Positions 33,532 through 41,832 of a stretch of 64,000 nucleotides of DNA are shown here, one piece after another. Below the pieces are notes generated by a model, which ran no database searches, was not told where the DNA came from, and saw nothing but the letters and a program-made list of their open reading frames with translations. The translations under genes and the position numbers were made by a program. The stretch is from an uncultured Bacteroidales bacterium (GTDB taxonomy: Bacteria > Bacteroidota > Bacteroidia > Bacteroidales > UBA3663): positions 3,445-67,444 of the forward strand of contig CACXTQ010000004.1 of the NCBI GenBank assembly GCA_902770595.1. The letters run 5' to 3'. Position 1 is the stretch's first letter; each line of letters starts with the position of its first letter.

Positions 33532-34512
33532 ATGCAGAAAGCAGTACATAGTACATATATATGGCAGAAGACAATGGGCACGTTGAGTACCATCGTCATG
33601 CTCTTCTCTGCATCTGTCCTCTTTGCCCAGCAGGACACCAACGAGAGTATGTATTGGGCTACTCCCACGCTCTACAACCCTGCTACTGCAGGCAGCGACT
33701 CGGCACTCCACATCACGGCGTTCGATCGTATGCAGTGGGTGGGCGTAAAGGATGCTCCACAGACGTTCTTCGTCTCGGCCGACCTTCCCATCATGCTCGG
33801 ACGCAAGCGCACAGGACTTGGGGCCACCATTCTAAACGATAAGGCTGGTCTCTTCACCACGACCTTTGTCAGCCTGCAGGCCAACTACAGTTTCAAACTG
33901 TGGGGCGGACGATTTGCGGTGGGTCTTCAACCCGGTTTTGTCAATCAGACCTTTGCAGGTGGCGATGTCTATATCCCCTCGGGCGAGGCCTGGGATGCTG
34001 CCGACGATGCCATCCCCACAGGCGACGTCTCGGGCATGACATTCGACCCTTCGGCTGGTGTCTATTATGAACGAGGCTGGTTTTACGGTGGATTCAGCGG
34101 CTTACACCTGATGGGAAGTGAGATAGAATTGGCTGATTACGCCTATTTTGAACTATCTCCGACGTTTTATTTTCATGCGGGAGGCAATATTCCTTTAAAA
34201 CATACGTTATTTATATTGCAGCCTTCGCTGCTGGTGAAATCCACCTTTCAGTTCACCCAATACGATTTCTCGTTCAGAACCACCTACAACGAGAAATTCT
34301 GGGGAGGTCTCTCCTACCGTCCTGGCGATGCCGTTGTGGTCATGGTGGGTGCCGACATCAACCATGTGCGTTTGGGATATGCCTACGACATCCCTATCTC
34401 GCAGATAGGCATTGCAGGTGGCGGTTCGCACGAGATACTGGCAACCTACACGATGCACATCGACCTCGACAAGGTTAAGTCCAGGGGAACGAAGTCAATC
34501 AGAATACTATAA
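33532..34512 (+). CDS. porP: PorP/SprF-family type IX secretion system membrane protein
   Basis: Signal peptide, then ...YNPATAGSDSALHITAFDRMQWVG...ILNDKAGLF..., typical of PorP/SprF. The start is either ATG 33532 or ATG 33574. Confidence 0.8.
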   Translation: MQKAVHSTYIWQKTMGTLSTIVMLFSASVLFAQQDTNESMYWATPTLYNPATAGSDSALHITAFDRMQWVGVKDAPQTFFVSADLPIMLGRKRTGLGATILNDKAGLFTTTFVSLQANYSFKLWGGRFAVGLQPGFVNQTFAGGDVYIPSGEAWDAADDAIPTGDVSGMTFDPSAGVYYERGWFYGGFSGLHLMGSEIELADYAYFELSPTFYFHAGGNIPLKHTLFILQPSLLVKSTFQFTQYDFSFRTTYNEKFWGGLSYRPGDAVVVMVGADINHVRLGYAYDIPISQIGIAGGGSHEILATYTMHIDLDKVKSRGTKSIRIL

Positions 34513-34564
34513 ACATCGGCCTCTCAGGTCGGGCAACTAAACGCAAAACAATAAATACAAAGAT

Positions 34565-36085
34565 ATGAAAAGAATCTTTCTGGCAATCATCGTGGCAGTC
34601 ATAGGCTGCACAATGCTGACCAGCTGCATGAAGTCAATGGGCGGACAGGGCGGCGAAGTCACGGGTGTGCGCGGACGTTCATGGAATGAACCACAGCCCT
34701 ACGGCATGGTGCTCGTCAAGCGTGGTTCGATGGAAGTGGGCGCACAAAGTCAGGACTCGCTGTGGGGCGATCTACTGGATGCCAAAGGCATTTCGGTCGA
34801 TGCCTTCTGGATGGACGAGAAGGAAGTCTCGAACGCCATGTACCGCCAATTTGTCCACTACGTGCGCGACTCCATCATCCGCGAACGCTTGGCCGACCCT
34901 GCCTACGGTGGCAACGAAGATTTCAAGATCGAGGAAGACAAGTACGGCGAGCCCGTCACTCCGCACCTCAACTGGTCGAAGCCCATCCCCTGGCGCAAGC
35001 CCAATGAGGACGAGCAACGTGCCATCGAAAGCGTCTATCGCACCGACCCCATCACGGGCAAGAAGATGCTCGATGCGCATCAGATGAACTATCGCTATGA
35101 GGTGTTCGACTATAACTCTTACGCTCAGCGTCGCTATCGTCTCAACCCAGAACTGCGTGACCTCAACACCGATCATGCAGTTGACTACGATGCCGAGGTC
35201 ATCATCTCGAAGGATACCGCCTTCATCGACGATGATGGCAATATCGTACGTTCCACCATCGTCCGTCCGCTGTCATCAGAATGGGACTTCCTCAACACCT
35301 ACATCGTCAACATCTACCCCGACACTACCGTCTGGGTCAACGATTTTGCCAATGCATTCACCGACCAGTATGCACGCTACTACTTCTCGTCGCCCATCTA
35401 CGACGACTATCCCGTAGTGGGTGTAAGTTGGGAACAAGCCAATGCTTTCTGCCGTTGGCGCACCGATTTTCTGGTGGCAAGCCATGGTATGCGCGGCATT
35501 CAGGTCGAGCCATATCGTTTGCCCACTGAGGCAGAATGGGAATATGCAGCGCGTGCCGGCAACAACGACCAGACCTTCTCGTGGAAGACCGACATTCCTC
35601 ACACTGACAAAGGCTGCTACAACGGCAACTTCAAGCCTGGCAATGGTGACTACAGCCGCGATGGTTACATCATCACCTCGCCCGTCGGAGCCTATCCGAG
35701 CAATGATTTCGGTCTCTACGACATGTCGGGCAACGTGGCTGAATGGACTTCTACTGCCTGGACTGAGTCGGGCGTCCATAGTGCCAGCGACATCAACCCC
35801 GACTATCAGTACAATGCTGCGAAGGAAGACCCCTACCGCATGAAGCGAAAGGTGATTCGCGGCGGTTCGTGGAAAGATGCCGAGCATTACGTCCGTGGTG
35901 ACGTCCGCTCGTGGGAATACCAGAACGAACATCGTTCATTCATCGGATTCCGCTGCGTCCGCACCTATCTCGGCAACAACAAGGCCAATGTCAAGACCAG
36001 CAAAGCCAAAGCCGCGAAGCAACCCAAACAGAAGAAAGAACGTAGTGGCGGTGGCGGCGGCAGCCGCTCCGTTAGAAGAAGATAA
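34565..36085 (+). CDS. porK: T9SS lipoprotein PorK/GldK (FGE-sulfatase/SUMF1 fold)
   Basis: Lipobox MLTSC; GMVLVKRGSMEVG...DAFWMDEKEVSNAMY...RGGSW; position just upstream of porL/M/N. Confidence 0.9.
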   Translation: MKRIFLAIIVAVIGCTMLTSCMKSMGGQGGEVTGVRGRSWNEPQPYGMVLVKRGSMEVGAQSQDSLWGDLLDAKGISVDAFWMDEKEVSNAMYRQFVHYVRDSIIRERLADPAYGGNEDFKIEEDKYGEPVTPHLNWSKPIPWRKPNEDEQRAIESVYRTDPITGKKMLDAHQMNYRYEVFDYNSYAQRRYRLNPELRDLNTDHAVDYDAEVIISKDTAFIDDDGNIVRSTIVRPLSSEWDFLNTYIVNIYPDTTVWVNDFANAFTDQYARYYFSSPIYDDYPVVGVSWEQANAFCRWRTDFLVASHGMRGIQVEPYRLPTEAEWEYAARAGNNDQTFSWKTDIPHTDKGCYNGNFKPGNGDYSRDGYIITSPVGAYPSNDFGLYDMSGNVAEWTSTAWTESGVHSASDINPDYQYNAAKEDPYRMKRKVIRGGSWKDAEHYVRGDVRSWEYQNEHRSFIGFRCVRTYLGNNKANVKTSKAKAAKQPKQKKERSGGGGGSRSVRRR

Positions 36086-36097
36086 ACAATCAGCCAA

Positions 36098-36146
36098 CTA
36101 TCTAAAACATCTAGAACATCTAGAGAATCTAGAATATCTAGAAAGA
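36098..36146. repeat. Tandem ATCTAGAA-type words (five to six copies) in the porK-porL spacer
   Basis: ctatctaaaacatctagaacatctagagaatctagaatatctagaaag. Each word contains the palindrome TCTAGA. Confidence 0.75.
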
Positions 36147-36175
36147 CTCGAAAAACAAAATAACAACAAAACAAT

Positions 36176-37159
36176 ATGAACTTCCGTAATATCCTTCATA
36201 TTCTCCAGGTCTTCAAAGGCGAGAAGGGACAGAAACGATTCAACTATCTCTACTCCATCGGTGCCTCCATCGTTATCCTTGGTGCACTCTTCAAGTTGAC
36301 TCACGTACCTGGCGCCGACATCATGCTCATCATTGGTATGGGCACCGAGGCCGTCATCTTCTTCCTCTCTGCTTTCGACACGCCAGCACGCGACTATAAG
36401 TGGGAGAAGGTCTATCCAGAACTCGACATCCCCAATAAGGAGGAGGCAGCACGCAACCGTCTCGACCGCATGAAAGATGGTGTTCCTGAGCCTCGTCGTC
36501 GTGGCACTGAAACCGGAACAGGCAATGTTGCCGGCAACGTCACCATCATCGGCGGTGGCATGCCAACGGGTGGAACCATCGTCGTTGGAGGAGGCTCTCC
36601 TGCAACGGGCACTGCTGCACCCGTAGGTGGGGCAGCACCTCTCGTTGCTTCGGGCAATGTAGGTGTAACTCCCGAACAGGCCGACCAGGTGACCGAAGCT
36701 ACCGAGAAGTATGTGAAGCAACTCAACGAGATCAGCACTGCCCTCAGCAAACTGCAGGAGACCATGGCTGCTCTCGAAACCACGACAACCTACGCCGAGC
36801 AGATGGCTACGCTCAACCGCAACGTGCAAGGTCTCAACACCATCTACGAGATACAACTCAAGAGTGTCAGCGCACAACTCGGCACCATCGAGCAGGTTAA
36901 CCAGGGCCTCAACAACATCCGTGCGCTCTATGAAAGCGGTCAGAACGATTCGTTCCGCATCCGTCAGGAGACCGACCAGATGACCCGCAACCTGCAGCAA
37001 CTCAACGAGGTTTATGCACGCATGCTCCAGGCCATGACTGCGGGTTACGGCATGCAGATGCCTCAGCAGCCCATCGGTCAGCCCAACATGGCCTTCAATC
37101 CCCAGCAAACCCTGTACGGCCAGCAGCCCCAGCAACCAGGGTTCAATCAGCAGCGTTAA
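36176..37159 (+). CDS. porL: T9SS motor component PorL/GldL
   Basis: The N-terminus has two TM helices (IGASIVILGALFKLTH, IGMGTEAVIFFLSAF), then a coiled region and a Q-rich tail. Position is between porK and porM. Confidence 0.85.
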   Translation: MNFRNILHILQVFKGEKGQKRFNYLYSIGASIVILGALFKLTHVPGADIMLIIGMGTEAVIFFLSAFDTPARDYKWEKVYPELDIPNKEEAARNRLDRMKDGVPEPRRRGTETGTGNVAGNVTIIGGGMPTGGTIVVGGGSPATGTAAPVGGAAPLVASGNVGVTPEQADQVTEATEKYVKQLNEISTALSKLQETMAALETTTTYAEQMATLNRNVQGLNTIYEIQLKSVSAQLGTIEQVNQGLNNIRALYESGQNDSFRIRQETDQMTRNLQQLNEVYARMLQAMTAGYGMQMPQQPIGQPNMAFNPQQTLYGQQPQQPGFNQQR

Positions 37160-37179
37160 CCTCTCTTACCCCCCAATAA

Positions 37180-38733
37180 ATGAGTGCCAATAACAGCAGA
37201 CTGTCGCCCCGTCAGAAGATGATCAACCTGATGTACATCGTCTTCCTGGCTATGGTGGCCATGAACGTATCAGGCGATGTCCTCGAAGGCTTCAAGCACG
37301 TCGAGGATGCCCTCGATGCCAGTAATGCCGGTGCGCAGTCACGCAATCAGAAACTATACCAGGAGTTCGACCTCGCCCGCGAGAAGAACCCCGAGAAGGT
37401 ATCCCGCTGGTACAATCACGCACAGGAAGTGCGGACGAGCGCCGAACAGTTGGTAGCCTTCATCGATTCGCTCAAACTCGAAATCGTGCGCTATGCCGAT
37501 GGTAAGGATGGTGACCCCAACGATATCGAGAACCGCGAGAACCTTGAGGCCGTCAACCAGGTCATGCTCTCTCCCATCAAAGGCGAGGGTGCGATACTGC
37601 GCAAGCGTCTTGAAGCCTACAAGGAACAACTTGTGGCATTCCTTCCCGAAGCCGATGCACGAGTGGTAGCCAACTACCTCAACACGGCAAAGACCGGCTC
37701 GACGTTTGCCACCTGGGAAGACCAGATGTTCGAAAACATCCCCGTCGCTGCTGCCGTCACCATTCTTGCCAAGTTGCAGGGCGACGTCCGTAATGCCGAG
37801 GGACAGGCCGTTGAAAGCCTCATGCAGAGCGTCGATCGTGGCGATGTGCGCGTCAATCAGGTGAGTGCCTTTGTGATTCCCAATTCGCGTAACGTGATGC
37901 GCGGTTCGGTCTATGAGGCACAGATTGTCATGGCTGCCGTCGATACCACCCAGACGCCAACCATCTACATCGGCGACAAGGTTTACAATCCCGCCAAGCA
38001 GGGGTACTACAGCGTGACAGCCGGTCGCGAAGGCATCCAGACCCTGCAAGGCTATCTCGAAGTCGATAAACCCGACGGCACCGTTGAGAAACTGCCTTTC
38101 GAGTCAACCTACTTCGTCAGCGAACCCATTGCCACCGTTTCGAACACGATGATGAATGTGATGTACGCCGGCATTGACAACCCACTTTCAATCTCCGTGC
38201 CAGGCGTGGCTGCAGGTCAAGTCAGCGCATCGATGACCAACGGCACGCTCACCCGCACAGCTACGGGTTGGGTGGCAAAGCCAAAGACAGTCGATCAGGA
38301 TGCTGTCATCACCGTCACAGCCAACCAAAACGGTCGCACTATGACCGTGAGCCAAACTTCCTTCCGTGTGCGTCGTCTGCCCGACCCCACTCCTTATCTA
38401 TTATGTAAGGATGCTGCCGGCAACTCTGTGCGCTACAAGGGCGGTTCGCCCATCTCCAAGCAGGCATTGCTGGCTGCCGGAGGCATACGTGCCGCCATCG
38501 ACGATGGTCTGCTCAACGTTGAGTTCACCGTCAAGTCGTTCCGTATCGACATCTTCGACTCGATGGGCAACGACATTCCCGAGGACAGCCAGACATCTGC
38601 CTACTCCGATCGTCAGCGCACAGCCATCAGTCGTCTGCAGCGTGGCAAGAAGTTCTTTATCACCCGCGTCAAGGCTGTGGGTCCCGATGGCATCGAGCGC
38701 ACCCTTTCGCCTATCGAAGTCATAGTTAATTGA
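37180..38733 (+). CDS. porM: T9SS motor/periplasmic shaft component PorM/GldM
   Basis: SPRQKMINLMYIVFLAMVAMNVS is the conserved GldM N-terminal TM segment. Length is 517 aa. Confidence 0.9.
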   Translation: MSANNSRLSPRQKMINLMYIVFLAMVAMNVSGDVLEGFKHVEDALDASNAGAQSRNQKLYQEFDLAREKNPEKVSRWYNHAQEVRTSAEQLVAFIDSLKLEIVRYADGKDGDPNDIENRENLEAVNQVMLSPIKGEGAILRKRLEAYKEQLVAFLPEADARVVANYLNTAKTGSTFATWEDQMFENIPVAAAVTILAKLQGDVRNAEGQAVESLMQSVDRGDVRVNQVSAFVIPNSRNVMRGSVYEAQIVMAAVDTTQTPTIYIGDKVYNPAKQGYYSVTAGREGIQTLQGYLEVDKPDGTVEKLPFESTYFVSEPIATVSNTMMNVMYAGIDNPLSISVPGVAAGQVSASMTNGTLTRTATGWVAKPKTVDQDAVITVTANQNGRTMTVSQTSFRVRRLPDPTPYLLCKDAAGNSVRYKGGSPISKQALLAAGGIRAAIDDGLLNVEFTVKSFRIDIFDSMGNDIPEDSQTSAYSDRQRTAISRLQRGKKFFITRVKAVGPDGIERTLSPIEVIVN

Positions 38734-38755
38734 TGGTCATTTCTCGACAAACACG

Positions 38756-38790
38756 AATTGTTAATTGTTAATTATTAATTGTTAATTAAT
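38756..38790 (+). repeat. (AATTGTT)n leader array immediately 5' of porN
   Basis: AATTGTTAATTGTTAATTATTAATTGTTAATT (38756-38787) is identical to the reverse complement of 20410-20441. It ends 5 nt before the ATG at 38793. Confidence 0.85.
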
Positions 38791-38792
38791 CA

Positions 38793-40151
38793 ATGAAACA
38801 TATCCTCCGTCTGATCATGCTCACGCTCATGTTGGGCATCGTCATACCTGAAGCCACTGCACAGGTCAGCGTACGTCGATCCAGCAGTTCCCGCAGCTCG
38901 TCTTCCTCTTCGTCTAAGAAGAAGAGCGACGACAAGAAGAAAAGCGATGACAAGAAGAAGAGCAAGGAAGCGACTTCCAAGCCTGTTGAGGTCAAGGCGA
39001 CTCCAGTTTCTTCCACCCCAGCGTCATCTGGCGATGGTCAGGTAGCAAGGCCGACACGCCGTCCCGAAGGCACAATGCAGGATGGTGCATCACCTGCTGC
39101 CCGCGTGACGCCTACCCGCAGGGTGCAGAAGAAGGAAAATCAGCCCATTGTCGATGGCAATAGCCAGCGTCAGCAGTCGTTTGCCGAATACCAGCGCAAG
39201 GAAGACGGATTCATGCCCTGGCAGCATGTCGTCTATCGCGAACTCGATATGGAGAACCCCGTCAACGCTTCGCTCTACTATCCCGAAGAACCCATGGACG
39301 GACTGACCAACCTCTTCCGTGTCATCCTCGATGGCATCTGCACAGGTAGACTAAAAGGCTACGAATACCTCGATGGCCGCGAGATCTTTGACGAGAAATA
39401 TGTGGTCAATCCTCGCGATATCCTCGACAAGTTCCAGATTCTCTATCAGGAGAAACCCGCTGTCGGACAAAACGGCAAACCCACCTATGTAGTCGAAGAG
39501 ATGGACGTACCCTGCAACGAAGTGCTGAGTTATTTCATCAAGGAACGTTGGGAATTCAACCAGAAAACTTCGAAATATGGTCCCCGCATTCTTGCCATCT
39601 GCCCTGTGCTTCATCGTTCAGGCGACTTTGGAGGTGACCTGGTCAAGTACCCCATGTTCTGGCTCAATTACGAAGACCTTCGTCCCCTGCTGCGCGAACA
39701 CCTCATTATGAGCGATGGTATGAACAACACTCCTCGTTTTACGATGGAGGAGTTCTTCACTCTCGAGCAGTATAAGGGCGACATCTATAAGGTGCAGAAT
39801 ACCCGCGGCCTTTCGCTGATGCAGCAGTATCCCAATCCTGATACCCTCAAGATGATGCGTGCCAAGATAGAAGCCGAACTGCGTGGTTTCGGCGACAGCA
39901 TCTGGGTCTATGAAGAGACCGAAGCCGACCTCGCCGTACAGGACAGCATCCGCGCTGCCCGCCGCGCCGAACGTCGTGCCCGTCGCGGCGAACCCGCAAC
40001 TGCCTCAACAGGCGATGGCAAGAAGAACCGTCGCACCAAGGCCGAAGTTGATATGGCTGCCGTCGAGGAAGCTAAGGAAGCCAAGGAAGATGCCATCGAC
40101 AGCCGCATCGAATCGACCGGCAAGGCCCATTCCGCCCGCCGAAGAAGGTAA
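38793..40151 (+). CDS. porN: T9SS ring component PorN/GldN with low-complexity N- and C-terminal extensions
   Basis: The core (YRELDMENPVNASLYYP...LFRVILDGI...ERWEFNQKTS) matches GldN. The N-terminal S/K/D-rich and C-terminal R/A/E-rich tracts are extra. Confidence 0.85.
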   Translation: MKHILRLIMLTLMLGIVIPEATAQVSVRRSSSSRSSSSSSSKKKSDDKKKSDDKKKSKEATSKPVEVKATPVSSTPASSGDGQVARPTRRPEGTMQDGASPAARVTPTRRVQKKENQPIVDGNSQRQQSFAEYQRKEDGFMPWQHVVYRELDMENPVNASLYYPEEPMDGLTNLFRVILDGICTGRLKGYEYLDGREIFDEKYVVNPRDILDKFQILYQEKPAVGQNGKPTYVVEEMDVPCNEVLSYFIKERWEFNQKTSKYGPRILAICPVLHRSGDFGGDLVKYPMFWLNYEDLRPLLREHLIMSDGMNNTPRFTMEEFFTLEQYKGDIYKVQNTRGLSLMQQYPNPDTLKMMRAKIEAELRGFGDSIWVYEETEADLAVQDSIRAARRAERRARRGEPATASTGDGKKNRRTKAEVDMAAVEEAKEAKEDAIDSRIESTGKAHSARRRR

Positions 40152-40160
40152 TAGTCCTCG

Positions 40161-40190
40161 TCGCGGCCGTTTTTGGCCGCGCCCCTTTTT
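40161..40190 (+). terminator. Rho-independent terminator after porN
   Basis: CGCGGCC-GTTTTT-GGCCGCG stem-loop followed by CCCCTTTTTG. Confidence 0.7.
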
Positions 40191-40215
40191 GCTCCTAACA
40201 TTTCAAAAATAATCT

Positions 40216-41832
40216 ATGACTCAACTCAAGACCCTTCGCGACTCAGCCGCCCTGCGTTGGACGGCGCTACTCCTGTTGGCACTGGCAATGTTCTGTGCCT
40301 ACATCTTCATGGACATCCTTTCGCCAATCAAGGACCTCATGCTTTCCGAGCGTGGTTGGGACTCCACGGCGTTCGGTACCATGCAAGGTTCTGAAACCTT
40401 CCTCAACGTCTTTGTCTTCTTCCTCATCTTCGCAGGCATCATCCTCGATAAGATGGGCGTTCGCTTCACGGCCGTACTATCTGGTGCCGTAATGCTGGCA
40501 GGTGCTCTTATCAAGTACTATGCCATCAGCGAAAGTTTCATGGGCAGTGGACTTGAGACATGGTTCACCAACAATCTCAACCACATTCCCATCTTCGAAC
40601 AACTCGGCGTATCACCCTTCTACGAGGGGATGCCCGCTTCGGCCAAGGTTGCTGCCTGCGGCTTTATGATCTTCGGCTGCGGTGCCGAAATGGGCGGCAT
40701 TACCGTTTCGCGTGGTATCGTCAAGTGGTTCAAAGGTCGCGAAATGGCGCTTGCCATGGGTTCTGAGATGGCACTTGCCCGCTTGGGTGTTGCCACCTGT
40801 ATGATCTTCTCGCCCTTCTTCGCCAAGTTGGGTGGGCACATCGACGTATCACGTTCTGTAGCTTTTGGCGTAGTACTCCTCTGTATCGCCCTCATCATGT
40901 TCGTCGTCTATTTCTTCATGGACAAGAAGCTCGACGCACAGACCGGCGAAGCCGAAGAGAAGGACGATCCGTTCAAGGTGAGCGACATCGGCAAGATCCT
41001 CAGCAGCATGGGCTTCTGGCTTGTCTCGCTGCTCTGCGTGCTCTACTATTCGGCCATCTTCCCCTTCCAGAAGTATGCGGTCAATATGCTGCAGTGCAAT
41101 CTGACTTTCTCCGAGGTTCCCGCCGATTCGTTCTGGGCTTCCACCTCAATCACCATCGTACAGTACGTCGTGATGCTCATCGTGGCAGCCACCGCCTTTA
41201 TGTTCAACTTCATGAAGAACAAGAATATCAAGTACGGTGTGCTCTGCATCTCCATTATCGCCCTCATCAGTTATTGCTATATGGGCTATATGCGACAGTC
41301 GGCCGAATCCATCTTTGCCGTGTTCCCGCTCCTTGCTGTGGGCATCACCCCCATCCTGGGCAAATACGTTGATTACAAGGGCAAGGCAGCCTCGATGCTC
41401 GTGCTGGGCTCACTGCTCCTCATCGCCTGCCACCTCACTTTCGCCTTTATTCTGCCGATGTTCAAGGGCAACCAGGTGGGCGGCGTCATCGTGGCCTACC
41501 TCACCATCCTCGTGCTCGGCTCTTCATTCTCGCTGGTTCCCGCATCGCTCTGGCCATCCGTTCCAAAGCTTGTTGAACCTAAGATCATCGGTTCGGCCTA
41601 CGCCCTCATCTTCTGGATCCAGAACATCGGCCTTTGGCTTTTCCCGCTCCTTATCGGCAAGGTGCTCGATATGACCAACGAAGGGGTCACCGACCCGACC
41701 AAGTACGACTACACCTGGCCTCTCATTATGCTCGCCTGCCTCGGTGTTGCTGCACTCGTCATCGGACTCATCCTCAAGGCTGTGGACAAGAAGAAGGGCC
41801 TTGGTCTCGAATTGCCCAATGTGAAGGCATGA
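40216..41832 (+). CDS. MFS transporter (538 aa)
   Basis: Roughly 12-14 hydrophobic segments with an MFS-like N-terminal half. The substrate is unknown. Confidence 0.7.
   Translation: MTQLKTLRDSAALRWTALLLLALAMFCAYIFMDILSPIKDLMLSERGWDSTAFGTMQGSETFLNVFVFFLIFAGIILDKMGVRFTAVLSGAVMLAGALIKYYAISESFMGSGLETWFTNNLNHIPIFEQLGVSPFYEGMPASAKVAACGFMIFGCGAEMGGITVSRGIVKWFKGREMALAMGSEMALARLGVATCMIFSPFFAKLGGHIDVSRSVAFGVVLLCIALIMFVVYFFMDKKLDAQTGEAEEKDDPFKVSDIGKILSSMGFWLVSLLCVLYYSAIFPFQKYAVNMLQCNLTFSEVPADSFWASTSITIVQYVVMLIVAATAFMFNFMKNKNIKYGVLCISIIALISYCYMGYMRQSAESIFAVFPLLAVGITPILGKYVDYKGKAASMLVLGSLLLIACHLTFAFILPMFKGNQVGGVIVAYLTILVLGSSFSLVPASLWPSVPKLVEPKIIGSAYALIFWIQNIGLWLFPLLIGKVLDMTNEGVTDPTKYDYTWPLIMLACLGVAALVIGLILKAVDKKKGLGLELPNVKA

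Noticed and set aside
36098-37135. 345-aa minus-strand ORF opposite porL, and similar long antisense ORFs (5660-6673, 13277-14308, 15001-15963, 35276-35932, 45396-46535, 56365-57708)
   Set aside because: Each lies fully inside a gene whose sense-strand product has clear family motifs. The translations are Arg/Ala/Gly/His/Val-rich with no recognisable motifs, which is typical of stop-poor antisense frames in GC-rich coding DNA.
38880-38960. AAGAAG/GACGAC-rich DNA repeats at the 5' end of porN as a slipped-strand phase-variation tract
   Set aside because: The repeats are imperfect codon-level repeats that encode the S/K/D low-complexity region. There is no homopolymer or perfect short tandem tract that would shift the frame.
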